A stretch of DNA of 64,000 bases from the NCBI GenBank assembly GCA_963707915.1, contig OY970178.1:2432001-2496000 (forward strand), written 5' to 3'. Every line of letters starts with the position of its first letter. Position 1 is the stretch's first letter. Under the pieces are notes generated by a model. It worked only from the letters and a program-made list of their open reading frames with translations. It did no database searches and was not told where the DNA came from. This document shows, piece after piece, positions 38,460 to 48,177 of the stretch. A program made the position numbers and the translations under genes. Source of the DNA: Candidatus Eiseniibacteriota bacterium. Its GTDB lineage: Bacteria; Eisenbacteria; RBG-16-71-46.

Positions 38460-39875
38460 ATGAAGGTCAATGAAGTGTTAGAACTCGACGTCGCGGACGT
38501 CGTGCTGGGCGGAAAGGCCCTCGCCCGGCACGAGGGCCGCGCCGTGTTCGTCGACCGCGGCCTGCCCGGCGACCGCGTGCGGGCGCGCGTGACCCGCGTC
38601 AAGCGCGCGTGGGCCGAGGCGCGGCTCGAGCACGTCGTGTCGTCGTCGGCGCCGCGGGTCGACGCCGCGTGCCCGCATTTCGTCTCGGGAGTCTGCGGCG
38701 GCTGCCGCTTCCAGGACCTGCGCTACGAGGAGCAACTCGCCCTCAAGGAGCGCCAGGTGCGCGAGACCCTCGTGCACCTCGGCGGCATCCCCGCGCCGCG
38801 GGTGCGGCCCATCCACCCCGCGCCCGCGACCCGCGGCTACCGCAACAAGATGGAGTTCAGCTTCGCCCCCGCCGCCGACGGGACCGCCGTGCTCGGCTTG
38901 CACGAGCGCGGCACCTTCGAGGGCGTCTTCGCGCTCGAGACCTGCATCCTGCCCAGCGCGCTGACGCTCGAGGTCGTGCGCCTGACGCAGCGCTTCGCGC
39001 GCGAGCACCGCTGGCGCGCCTACCATCCGCGGCGCCACGACGGCGTGGTGCGCTACCTCACCGTGCGGCACCTCCCGCACACCGGGCAGTGCGGCGTGCA
39101 CCTGGTCGCCGCGTCGGAGGACGTGCCCGGTCTCGCGGAGTGGGCGCGGCAGGTGGCCGCGCTCTCGGACGAGGTGCGCACCGTGACGCTGCTGCTCAAC
39201 CGCTCGCGCTCGAACGTCGCGTTCGGCGAGGAGGAACGCGCGCTGAGCGGCGAGGGCGCGATCGTCGAGCGGCTGCTCGGGCTCGAGTTCGAGGCCACCG
39301 CCAGCACCTTCCTGCAGACCAACAGCCGCCAGGCCGAGGCGCTCTACGCCGCCGCCGTCGAGGCCGCCGCGCCCCGGCCGCACGAGACCGTGCTCGACCT
39401 GTACTGCGGCACCGGCACGCTCACGCTGCTGATGGCGCGCGCCGCCGGCGCCGCCGTGGGCGTCGAGTCGGTGGGCGAGGCGATCGAGCGGGCGCGCCGC
39501 AACGCGCGCCGCAACGGCGTCGGCAACGCGCACTTCTTCACCGGCGAGGCGCGCCCCGTGATGCGCGAGTGGGCGCGCGGCGACCGCCCCGCGCCCTGGT
39601 CGGCGGAGAGCGCGGCGACGCGCGCCGCCGGCACGCCCGGGCCGCACGTCGTGGTGGTGGATCCGCCGCGCGCCGGGCTGCACCCGCGCGTCGTCTTCCG
39701 CGTCGCCGAGCTGGCGCCCGAGCGCATCGTCTACGTCTCGTGCAATCCCGCCACGCTGGCGCGCGACCTCAAGGACTTCGCCCAGTACGGCTGGAGCCTG
39801 GCCGAGGCCACGCCCTTCGACATGTTCCCGCACACCCCGCACATCGAGTGCGTGGCGCGGCTGGTGAAGGGGTAG
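38460..39875 (+). CDS. rlmD: 23S rRNA (uracil-5)-methyltransferase RlmD/RlmCD family
   Basis: TRAM domain, CPHF..CGGC, YRNKMEF, FLQTN, LDLYCGTG, DPPRAG, YVSCNPATLARD, DMFPHTPHIE. Confidence 0.93.
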   Translation: MKVNEVLELDVADVVLGGKALARHEGRAVFVDRGLPGDRVRARVTRVKRAWAEARLEHVVSSSAPRVDAACPHFVSGVCGGCRFQDLRYEEQLALKERQVRETLVHLGGIPAPRVRPIHPAPATRGYRNKMEFSFAPAADGTAVLGLHERGTFEGVFALETCILPSALTLEVVRLTQRFAREHRWRAYHPRRHDGVVRYLTVRHLPHTGQCGVHLVAASEDVPGLAEWARQVAALSDEVRTVTLLLNRSRSNVAFGEEERALSGEGAIVERLLGLEFEATASTFLQTNSRQAEALYAAAVEAAAPRPHETVLDLYCGTGTLTLLMARAAGAAVGVESVGEAIERARRNARRNGVGNAHFFTGEARPVMREWARGDRPAPWSAESAATRAAGTPGPHVVVVDPPRAGLHPRVVFRVAELAPERIVYVSCNPATLARDLKDFAQYGWSLAEATPFDMFPHTPHIECVARLVKG

Positions 39876-40062
39876 GCGGGGGGCCTTCCCGGGCACGCAC
39901 CACCGGGTCCCCGGGCTTCGAGCCGGGGATGGATGGCTTCGTTCGCGGATCCGAGTTGCGGCCCGGTCTCGAGTCGCGGCGTCCACGGACCGCCGACCGG
40001 CCGTGATCGAACGGCGGGTCGTGCCATCCACCCCGGTGACCGGCGATCGGGCCCCGCTTCGG

Positions 40063-40290
40063 TCAGGCTGCCGACTTGCTCCTCAGCGAATGGCTGATCT
40101 CCCGCAGGAGCAGCGCGATCACGAAGAGCAGGCCGATCGCCGCGAGCTCGAGCAGCCGGCCGGCTGCGATGGAGTTCCGCAGGACGGTCTGGCCCGTCAG
40201 GTTCGCGAGCTTCTCCCACACGGCGAAGCCCGCCAGGACGAAGGACACGACGAACAGGATCCGGCAGATCAGGCTCCCGAGCGTCTTCAT
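40063..40290 (-). CDS. Small two-TM membrane protein
   Basis: 75 aa, two hydrophobic helices, AGGAGG RBS. Confidence 0.7.
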   Translation of the reverse strand: MKTLGSLICRILFVVSFVLAGFAVWEKLANLTGQTVLRNSIAAGRLLELAAIGLLFVIALLLREISHSLRSKSAA

Positions 40291-40301
40291 GACGGCACCT
40301 C

Positions 40302-40601
40302 CTACTTCCGGTTGATCGCGTGGGCGTTGAGGATCTCGTGGGAGCGCAGGCTGACGACCGCGTACCGGACGGTGCCGTCGGTCCCCTGGAACCAGAGCTG
40401 CGCGAGATCCGGGTACTCGGCCACGCTCGAGACCGAGACCAGGTTGCCCCACTCCGCCGGCACGCTGGCGCGGGACGCCAGCACCTCGCTGGGGATCCCG
40501 CCCGGGGCCTGTGTCGGAGTCGAGATCTTGGCGCACGACACGACGGACAGGGCCACGATCACGAGGACGAGGGTCCCCGCGACACGGACACGACCTGACA
40601 T
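40302..40601 (-). CDS. Small hypothetical lipoprotein
   Basis: AAGGAGGAG RBS; lipobox-like VVSC; P.EWG.LVSV...LWF...DGT. Confidence 0.7.
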   Translation of the reverse strand: MSGRVRVAGTLVLVIVALSVVSCAKISTPTQAPGGIPSEVLASRASVPAEWGNLVSVSSVAEYPDLAQLWFQGTDGTVRYAVVSLRSHEILNAHAINRK

Positions 40602-40928
40602 CGCACTCCTCCTTTCGCGAGCGAATGCATCCCGCTCCGCCGCGGGCCGATCGGGCCCGGGCGCCGGGACAAGGAGGAGTCGGTCGAGGATGCGAAGGAA
40701 CGCGAGATCCCTTGCCCTGGGAACGTCGGTGCCCTCTACCGGAGGCGCGGCGCAGCGAGATCGCATGGGCCCCGCGCGGCCCCCTCGAGGGCCGCCGGGC
40801 GCACGGCATGCGCAGGGCCATGCTAGCCACGGGGGATGGCCGCGTCCACCGAAATCGCCCGGGCCCCTTCGGCCATCGTGATGCGCCCCGGCGGGCCTGC
40901 CGTCGCGCCGGAGCGGCCCCGGCCCGCG

Positions 40929-41228
40929 TCAGCCCAGCTTCGACTCCACGCTGCGGACCTTGTCCTCGAGCGTCTGGTCGCGGTCGGTGCGCGTGCCCAC
41001 CTGGAGGGTGGTCGTGACGCGCGGCGCGCCCATCGCGTGCAGCGTCTCGTGGCAGCGCCGGAGCGCGGCGAAGACCACGTCCCACTCGCCCTCGACGTTC
41101 GTGCCGTTGGCGTGCAGCTGCGGGCGCAGGCCGGCCTCGGCGAGGATCCGCTCGCAGGCGGCGACGTAGGGCGACAGCGACACGCCGACCCCGAGCGGCA
41201 CGACCGTGAGACCGGCCAGGACCTTCAT
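40929..41228 (-). CDS. Thiamine-binding protein family (MTH1187/UPF0045)
   Basis: VVPLG.GVSLSPYVA, LHANGTNVEGEWD.V, GAPRV.T.L..GTRTD...T.EDKV.SV. Confidence 0.9.
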   Translation of the reverse strand: MKVLAGLTVVPLGVGVSLSPYVAACERILAEAGLRPQLHANGTNVEGEWDVVFAALRRCHETLHAMGAPRVTTTLQVGTRTDRDQTLEDKVRSVESKLG

Positions 41229-41244
41229 GACCCTCCCGTCCGCA

Positions 41245-43200
41245 TCAGCGCAGCCGCACCAGCCGCTGCGAGAGCACGCGGTCCTCGGCCACGAGCCGCA
41301 CGAAGTAGAGCCCCGCGGGCGCCGTGCCCTGCCCGGTGCGCCCGTCCCACGTCGCCGTGTGGCGGCCGGCCGGGAACACGCCGTCGGCCAGCACCGCGAC
41401 CTCGCGACCCTGCAGGTCGAGGATGCTGACCCGCGCGCCGGCCTCGCGCGGCAGGACGAAGCCAATCCGCCCCGTGCCCCGCATCGGGCTGGGACGCACC
41501 GGGTCGAGCGCCAGCGCCACGGCCCGCCCGGCCGCCGGGCCGTTCGCGTCCTTCACGTCCAGGACGAAAGCCCGCACGTCGGGGTTCAGGTCGAGCGTGA
41601 TGTTCCCGCCGGATTCCACGATGTTCGTCGCGGAGACCACTCCGGCGCAGTCGTTGGCGGTGTAGTAGGAACTGGTGTTCGGCACGGTCGCGGGAGTGAA
41701 CGACGCGACCCCGGTCGCGCTCGAGTAGAAATCCGTCCAGCCGCCGCCGTTGGCGTTCAGCTCGAGCTGGTAGAGCCCGTCCGCCTGTTCCACCGAGATC
41801 CCGTACCATCGCTCGCCGTTCGACGGGTTGGCGGGCAGCGTGTCGCAATCGCAGTTCCGCTGGCCCCGGTAGACGCCGCCGCTCACGCACTCCGCCTCGT
41901 TCGGCCGCCAGAAGCTGCGCGCCAGGACGTTCTCGTCCACGTGGTAGATGCACAGGCCGTGGGCGTTCGCGCCCATGCGCGAGAACCCCGCGTCGTAGCC
42001 GATCTGCTGGCGGTTCTCGAACAGCCAGTACTCCATCCCGCCCGACCCGGGCTGGACCACCTTGACGATCGCCCCGGGGCCGGTGGTCTCGCTGGGCGGG
42101 ATCGTGACGCCGGCCGCGAAGGTGGCCACCTCGATCGGCGTGACGAAGCCGAGGTAGGCCATGCCCCACGCACTGGGCTGGGCGGGGGAGTTGCCCGCGC
42201 AATCGGGATAGACGTTGGGCGTCCGGCTCCAGCTGCCGCCCGCCATCAGGCTGAAGTAGCCGGTGCCGGCGGATTCGTAGCCGTAGTCGTACTCGTCGGG
42301 AAGCCCCAGCACGTGGCCGAACTCGTGGGCGTAGACCCCGACCGTGGGAAGCAGCGGGCCGGAGACCGGGCTGCTGTTCTCGCCCAGCGTGTTCCCGCCG
42401 GCTTCCGGCTCCATCGAGTAGCCATCGACCCGGACGCCGTCCACGAAGAGCGGTGGCGGCGTGTTGCCGAATCCGTCGTCGCCGGCGATGCCCCAGGCGT
42501 GCGACCAGATCAGGTCGCCGCCGCCACTCCACTCCGCGCCGGAGCCGGCGTGCACGACGAAGAGGTTCTGCACCACGCCCCCGACCGCGTACTGGGAGAA
42601 GTCCACGGTGGGATCCGCCGCGATCACCGCGTCCATGACCAGGCGCTGGACGTTGCGCGGGTAGGGACCGAAGCCGTTGTCGTGCGTGCCGTCGTGCTCG
42701 CAGTAGTAGGTGTAGATGTTCGGCGCGGTCAGCCAGCCGGTCGCGCTCGGCAGGTTCAGCGTCACCACGTCCACGGTGCCGTGGGAGACGGTGTTGTAGA
42801 AGTTCTTCAGCGTGCGCGTCGTCGTGGTGTCGGCCCCGCCGCGGAGGTAGTTGTCGCGGAACAGCATGCTGTCCCAGATCGTGGAGCGGAACCGGGTCGC
42901 GGGCCCGCCCGGGGCGGCGTCCGCGAACTGCACCAGCAGCACGAGCGCCTTCACGCTGGTGGCGGCGAGCGCGGCGGGGCGCGCGAGCCGGTTGATGCGC
43001 AGGCCGGGCCGGCCGGCGAAGCGGGCTTCCGCGCTGGAGCGCGGCACCTGGCGGCCCATCGCCTCGTAGGACTGGACGATCTCCGGGTCGAGCGGCATGA
43101 GGTCGGGCGCGGCGTCCGGCCGGGCGGACGAGCGGCCCGGGGCCGCGCACGCGAGCACGAGACCGAGGAGCAGGAACGAGGCGAGGTGGCGGGGCTTCAT
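41245..43200 (-). CDS. M6-family (immune inhibitor A-like) metalloprotease with FlgD-Ig-like C-terminal domain
   Basis: Signal peptide, LVLLVQF.D, VHAG.G.E, IWSH, AHEFGHVLGLPDEY, SLMA.GSW, EYWLFENRQ, IYHVDE; CTD I.DLQGREV..L...G.H...WDG......AGLYF. Confidence 0.9.
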   Translation of the reverse strand: MKPRHLASFLLLGLVLACAAPGRSSARPDAAPDLMPLDPEIVQSYEAMGRQVPRSSAEARFAGRPGLRINRLARPAALAATSVKALVLLVQFADAAPGGPATRFRSTIWDSMLFRDNYLRGGADTTTTRTLKNFYNTVSHGTVDVVTLNLPSATGWLTAPNIYTYYCEHDGTHDNGFGPYPRNVQRLVMDAVIAADPTVDFSQYAVGGVVQNLFVVHAGSGAEWSGGGDLIWSHAWGIAGDDGFGNTPPPLFVDGVRVDGYSMEPEAGGNTLGENSSPVSGPLLPTVGVYAHEFGHVLGLPDEYDYGYESAGTGYFSLMAGGSWSRTPNVYPDCAGNSPAQPSAWGMAYLGFVTPIEVATFAAGVTIPPSETTGPGAIVKVVQPGSGGMEYWLFENRQQIGYDAGFSRMGANAHGLCIYHVDENVLARSFWRPNEAECVSGGVYRGQRNCDCDTLPANPSNGERWYGISVEQADGLYQLELNANGGGWTDFYSSATGVASFTPATVPNTSSYYTANDCAGVVSATNIVESGGNITLDLNPDVRAFVLDVKDANGPAAGRAVALALDPVRPSPMRGTGRIGFVLPREAGARVSILDLQGREVAVLADGVFPAGRHTATWDGRTGQGTAPAGLYFVRLVAEDRVLSQRLVRLR

Positions 43201-43327
43201 CGGCTGCCTGCTTTCGCGGATCGAGGGTGTCGGGACGGGCGGGCGGACGGGCGTCCCCATGATTCTCCCGCTTCCGGCAGACGCGTTCAAATCCCCGCGG
43301 AAACGGGCCGCGGGGCGCGGCGGCGGC

Positions 43328-45505
43328 TCACCGGCGGGCGGGCAGGGGCCCGGGGACGCGGGTGGAATCCACCCACGCGCGGCCGCGCTCGAACGATGCG
43401 AGCCGGCCGCGGATGGCGGCGGCCAGCGTGTCGTTCCCGGCGCGCTGCGCCAGCTCCAGCGCCCGGCGCGCGGTGGCGACCGCCGCGCCGGTCCGCCCGG
43501 CCGCCGCCTGCGCCGCGGCCTGCGTGTCGAGCAGACCCGGATCGGCGCCGCCGCCGGCCTGCAGAGCCCGCCCGGCCAGCCGCTCGGCCTCCCGGCCGTC
43601 GCGCAGCGCGGGATCCGGGCTGGTCGCCAGGAGCCACGCCAGGCCGTTGAGCGCCTCGCCACTCGCGGGTCGTTGTCGGATGACGCGGCGCAGGTGCTCC
43701 ATCGCCTCGGCGTCGTGGCCGGGCTGCGTGAGCAGGGCCGAGGCGAACAGCAGGTTCAGGTCCGCGTCGTCGGGGGTCGCCGCCGTGGCCTGGCGCAACA
43801 GGCCGAGCCCCTCTTCGGCACGGCCCCGGAGCAGGACGATCACGCCGAGTTGGCGCAGCGCGAACCCGCGGCTGTCGCCCCGGCTCTGCACCGCGCGGCG
43901 GAACAGGGCCTCGGCCTCCTCGAGCCCTCCCTGCCCCTGGACGGCGAGACCCAGGCCGACGAGCGCGTCCTGGTTCATCGGTTGCCGGTCGAGGACCCGT
44001 CGGAACTGGCGGATGGCCTCGTCGATCTGCCCTTCCCGCGCCAGCACCAGGCCGAGATTGATGCGGGAACGGAGGTAGTTCGAGTCCAGCTCGACCGCCC
44101 GGCGCAGGTGCCGGATCGCCTCGACGCGCTGCGAATCCGCGTCGAACGCGTTCCCCAGGACCTGTTCGACCACGACGTTCTCGCCGGTGACGCGCCGGGC
44201 GTGGGTGAACAGCGTGCGCGTGTCCCGCCACAGCGCCACCTGCCGCGCCGTCGCCACGCCGAGCGCCGCCAGCGCGACCACCACCCCCGCCACCGCCACC
44301 CGCCGCGCCCGCGCGTGCCCGGCCAGCCCGTCCGACACCCCCCACACCCCCGCCACCAGCAGCCCGATCCCCGGCAGGTAGGTGTAACGGTCGGCGTGAG
44401 CCTGCATCCCGACCTGCACCAGCCCCAGCACCGGCACCAGCATCCCCACGTACCACAGCCACCCCACCGCCAGGTACGGCCGCTCGCCCCGCCAGCGCAG
44501 CGCCAGCGCCGTCACCACCGCCAGCCCCACCGCCGCCGCCCCCACCGCCCACGGATCCACCGTCACCCGCAGCGGGTAGAACGCCGCCAGCCCCGCCGGC
44601 CACAGCGTCGCGCCCGCGTAGCGCCAGATCGACAGCAGCGCGTTGCCCGCCCGCGCCCCCGCGCCCACCGTCTCCAGCGCCGCCACCGCCCCGCTCTGCC
44701 GCTGCACCACGAAGGTCACCACCGCCGCCGCCGCCGCCAGCGCGAACAGCGGCCACTTCTCCGCCATCAGCCCCGCCAGCGGCCGCGCCCCCACCCCGCC
44801 CGCCCCGCACCACCCGCCCCGCAGCCGCCCCAGCGGCCACACGTCCACCAGCACCAGCACGCACGGCACCGTCACCAGCATCGGCTTCGACATCAGTCCC
44901 AGCCCCAGCGCCACCACCACCAGCGCGTAGCGCCCCGCGCCCGGCCGCGCCGCCCAGCGCGCGTAGCTCCACAACACCAGCAGGAAGAACAGCCCGCTCA
45001 ACACGTCCTTGCGCTCCGCCACCCACGCCACCGACTCGACCCGCAGCGGGTGCAGCCCGAACAGCGCCCCCACCAGCAGGCTGCGCCACCACGCCCCGCT
45101 CAGCCGCTGCAGCACCACCACCAGCAGCAGCACGTTCACCAGGTGCAGCGCCAGGCTCACCGCGTGGTGCCCCGCCGGCGCCAGCCCGAACAGTTGCACG
45201 TCGACCAGGTGCGACAGCGAGGTCAGCGGGTGCCAGTTGCCGCCGTGCGGCTGCCGCAGGAACCACTCCAGCCCGCGCGCCGTCAGACCGCCCGTGACGT
45301 ACGGGTTCTGCGTCACGTAGGCCGGGTCGTCGACCAAGACCCAGCCGTTGCGCAGCACCCCGGCGAACGCCGCCAGCACCGCCGCCCCCAGCAGCCCCAG
45401 CGAGAGCGCGCGGACCCGCGGCCCCGGCGGCGCGCCGGGCGGCGCGGGGGCGGCGTCCCCTGCGGCGGGCGGGCGGGCGGCGGGCCGCCGGTCAGCGCGT
45501 CGCAA
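43328..45505 (-). CDS. TMTC-like GT-C glycosyltransferase with TPR repeats (paralog of 13016-15310)
   Basis: WVLVDDPAYV, NWHPLT, HPLRVESVAWVAERKD, MSKPMLVT, ADRYTYL, TPRs, LNGLAWLLAT. Confidence 0.85.
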   Translation of the reverse strand: MRRADRRPAARPPAAGDAAPAPPGAPPGPRVRALSLGLLGAAVLAAFAGVLRNGWVLVDDPAYVTQNPYVTGGLTARGLEWFLRQPHGGNWHPLTSLSHLVDVQLFGLAPAGHHAVSLALHLVNVLLLVVVLQRLSGAWWRSLLVGALFGLHPLRVESVAWVAERKDVLSGLFFLLVLWSYARWAARPGAGRYALVVVALGLGLMSKPMLVTVPCVLVLVDVWPLGRLRGGWCGAGGVGARPLAGLMAEKWPLFALAAAAAVVTFVVQRQSGAVAALETVGAGARAGNALLSIWRYAGATLWPAGLAAFYPLRVTVDPWAVGAAAVGLAVVTALALRWRGERPYLAVGWLWYVGMLVPVLGLVQVGMQAHADRYTYLPGIGLLVAGVWGVSDGLAGHARARRVAVAGVVVALAALGVATARQVALWRDTRTLFTHARRVTGENVVVEQVLGNAFDADSQRVEAIRHLRRAVELDSNYLRSRINLGLVLAREGQIDEAIRQFRRVLDRQPMNQDALVGLGLAVQGQGGLEEAEALFRRAVQSRGDSRGFALRQLGVIVLLRGRAEEGLGLLRQATAATPDDADLNLLFASALLTQPGHDAEAMEHLRRVIRQRPASGEALNGLAWLLATSPDPALRDGREAERLAGRALQAGGGADPGLLDTQAAAQAAAGRTGAAVATARRALELAQRAGNDTLAAAIRGRLASFERGRAWVDSTRVPGPLPARR

Positions 45506-45989
45506 GCGGCACGCGCACGACGATCCGGTCTCCGACGCGCGCGATCAACGCGGAGAACGACTCGGTCGAGACCCGGCGCAGCGGCAGCACCTTCCCCCCG
45601 GCCGGGGTCACGTCCACGACCAGCGGCGCGGTCGTGTCGGCCGGCACCTCGAAGCAGGCGGTCAGGTCCGCGCGCCCGTCACCGTCCAGGTCCACCTCGT
45701 CCGAGACCTGCGCGGGGAGCGCGCGCACCGGCTCCCACGCCAGCTGCACGTAGGGCGCGGGCCGCGCCAGCAGGGCCCGCGAGCGGACCGGCCCGTTCAC
45801 GACGATGCGGTAGCCGCCCCGTTCGATGGTCCGGACCGCCGCGCCGCCCGAATAGACCGGGTCCACCTCGACGCCGGTGGCGGCGACCACGCCCTGGAAC
45901 AGCGGGAAGAGCACGAAGGGCATCACCAGCATGGCCACCACGGTCAGGACCGCGCCGGTGTATCCGAGGGCCGCCCGGAGTCGCGCCAT
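45492..45989 (-). CDS. Hypothetical membrane-anchored protein
   Basis: N-terminal TM; DLDGDGRAD Ca-binding-like loop; tightly packed between flanking genes. Confidence 0.7.
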   Translation of the reverse strand: MARLRAALGYTGAVLTVVAMLVMPFVLFPLFQGVVAATGVEVDPVYSGGAAVRTIERGGYRIVVNGPVRSRALLARPAPYVQLAWEPVRALPAQVSDEVDLDGDGRADLTACFEVPADTTAPLVVDVTPAGGKVLPLRRVSTESFSALIARVGDRIVVRVPLATR

Positions 45990-45990
45990 G

Positions 45991-47163
45991 TCAGTGTGCG
46001 AGCTGGAGCAGCTTCGTCAGCGTGCCGGCGATGATGCTGCCGCCGAACAGGATGGCGAAGGCCCACGCGGGGAACAGGTAGAGCAGCCGCGCGGTCTCCG
46101 GCGCGGCGGTGAGCGGCGTGCCCTTGATGTGCCAGCGTGCGGCGCCCTTCGGGCACGCGTCGACGCAGGCGCCGCACTTCATGCAGGACATGCCGGCGCG
46201 GCCCTTCGCGACCGACCCCGCGTCCAGCACCAGCGTCGGGCAGGCGCGGCGGCAGGTGACGCAGTCGGTGCACGCCGTCCGGTCCATGCGGATCTCGAAG
46301 ACGCTGAGCCGGTTCGAGAGCGCCTGGAACGGGCCGAACGGGCAGAAGAAGGCGCACTGGGTGCGGAGCCTGGTCAGGAACGGGAGCACCAGGACCAGGC
46401 CGGCGAACAGCGAGCCGAAGATGCCGGCCTGCAGCGCGGTCTGGGCCGAGCGCACCTCGGGATACTCGGTGACCGCCTTGAACGGGCAGAGCCAGGCGCA
46501 GTAGACCGCCTCGTAGGTCGCGGCCGAGAGCAGCACCACGGCCGCGAGCACCGCCCACGGCGCCGCGCGCCAGCGCGGGTCCACGTTGCGGATGCGCGGC
46601 TTCCTCGCCAGCGCGGCGCTGCCCTCCTCGATGCCGCCGAAGAAGCAGCCGTAGGCGCACCAGCCCTTGCCCAGCACCAGCGTGGCCGAGAGCCACAGGG
46701 CGATCATCGGCGCCACCGCGTGCGGGTTCGCGGCGGTCGGCAGGATCGAGCCCGGGAAGATGATGGTCTTCGAGAGCGCCGCGGGCACGATCATCATCGG
46801 GATGGCGAGGAAGCAGAACGGCGTGTTGCCGCCGATCATCTGCGCGACCGAGATGGACATGGAGCCGCGCACGGCGATCAGGTCCCAGACGAATCCGACC
46901 GGAAAGAGCAGGCCGAGCGTGACGAAGAAGACGCGCCGCCAGCGGTGGGTCTCCCCGGTGCGCAGCATCAGGAAGAACAGCCCGGTCATGAAGAGGAAGG
47001 TCAGCAGCGCCGCCAGTTGCGGGGCCGGCCCGGGCAACTGGAGCGAGCGCGAGAACAGGAGCAGGCCCCAGAGCGCGATCGGCAGCGTCAGCAGCAGGGA
47101 CCTGCCGATCGAGCGGCCCGCGGCCCCCGGCGCGGCGGCGCCGGGGGGGATCGTGCCAGGCAT
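45991..47163 (-). CDS. 4Fe-4S binding membrane protein (NapH/MauN-like polyferredoxin)
   Basis: WCAYGCFFG, YCAWLCPF, CAFFCPFG, CTDCVTCRRACP, CMKCGACVDACP; AGGAGGAG RBS. Confidence 0.88.
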   Translation of the reverse strand: MPGTIPPGAAAPGAAGRSIGRSLLLTLPIALWGLLLFSRSLQLPGPAPQLAALLTFLFMTGLFFLMLRTGETHRWRRVFFVTLGLLFPVGFVWDLIAVRGSMSISVAQMIGGNTPFCFLAIPMMIVPAALSKTIIFPGSILPTAANPHAVAPMIALWLSATLVLGKGWCAYGCFFGGIEEGSAALARKPRIRNVDPRWRAAPWAVLAAVVLLSAATYEAVYCAWLCPFKAVTEYPEVRSAQTALQAGIFGSLFAGLVLVLPFLTRLRTQCAFFCPFGPFQALSNRLSVFEIRMDRTACTDCVTCRRACPTLVLDAGSVAKGRAGMSCMKCGACVDACPKGAARWHIKGTPLTAAPETARLLYLFPAWAFAILFGGSIIAGTLTKLLQLAH

Positions 47164-47325
47164 GGAAGCGCGCTCCTCCTGGTGGGACGGTGGCGAGACG
47201 GCATCATACGGCGCGACCCGCCCGGGCGTGAAGCCGGCGGGGCGCCGCGCCGCCGCGCGTCGCGGGCCGCTCGCACCTGGGGTGCGCCCGTGCGGCCCGC
47301 CCGCCGGCTGTGATAGGCTTGCTCC

Positions 47326-48153
47326 ATGCCACGTCACTTGCGGGCCCACCACGCGCTCCGCGCGGCCCTCGTCGCGGCCCTGGCGGCGCTCCTGGCCGTG
47401 TCCGCCCCGTCGCGCGCCGGCGCCCAGCCCACCACGACCGATGGAGACAGGCTCGAGAGCCTCTCGAAGCTGCGCGGCTACGTCGTCGACGAGGGCACCT
47501 TCATCATCTCCCAGTTCGGGCAGCCGGTGCGGGCCGAGGACTTCGCCATCGAGCGGCAGCCCGACACGCTCTTCGTGCGGGCCGCCAGCATCCAGTCGCT
47601 CCCCGGGGAGGAGCCCTCGCCCCCGGACAAGGTCATGGTCCTCATGGTCGGGCCGCTCGACTTCGCCATGGGAAGCTACTGGTCGCAGCACTCGGTGGGC
47701 CCCGACACGCTTCGGCGCGGCGTCGACGTCACGGCCGGCGACACGGTCATGACGGTCTGGCGCGAGATCAACCGGTCCGGGACCGGCACGAGGGTGGTGC
47801 AGCCGCCCGGGCGCATGTACATCCTCGATCCGCCGCTCTTCACCGTGTTCAACTACCTCGGGTGGACCCTGAACGGGAAGGTCTGCGACCGGCGACCGAT
47901 CAATTTCTTCGTCCTCGGGGAGCGGGACTCGGTGGTGGAGGCCACGGTCACCGACGTCGGCAACGAGACCATCCGCTGGGGCGGCCGGCCGGTGCTGGCG
48001 CGCAAGCTCGTCATCGCCGACCAGCGGACGTCCTTCACCGGCTGGTACTCGCCCGAGGACGGCCGCATGTTCCGGCTCGAGCAGGCCCGGGACAGCATCC
48101 GCGTGGAGCGCAAGGCGCCGCCGCTCAAGCGCCAGCCGCCGCGCAAGCGGTAG
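47326..48153 (+). CDS. Exported hypothetical protein
   Basis: Signal peptide ending AGA-Q, beta-rich, codon usage typical of the genome. Confidence 0.7.
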   Translation: MPRHLRAHHALRAALVAALAALLAVSAPSRAGAQPTTTDGDRLESLSKLRGYVVDEGTFIISQFGQPVRAEDFAIERQPDTLFVRAASIQSLPGEEPSPPDKVMVLMVGPLDFAMGSYWSQHSVGPDTLRRGVDVTAGDTVMTVWREINRSGTGTRVVQPPGRMYILDPPLFTVFNYLGWTLNGKVCDRRPINFFVLGERDSVVEATVTDVGNETIRWGGRPVLARKLVIADQRTSFTGWYSPEDGRMFRLEQARDSIRVERKAPPLKRQPPRKR

Positions 48154-48177
48154 CCGCAGCGCGGAGCCGCGGACCGG

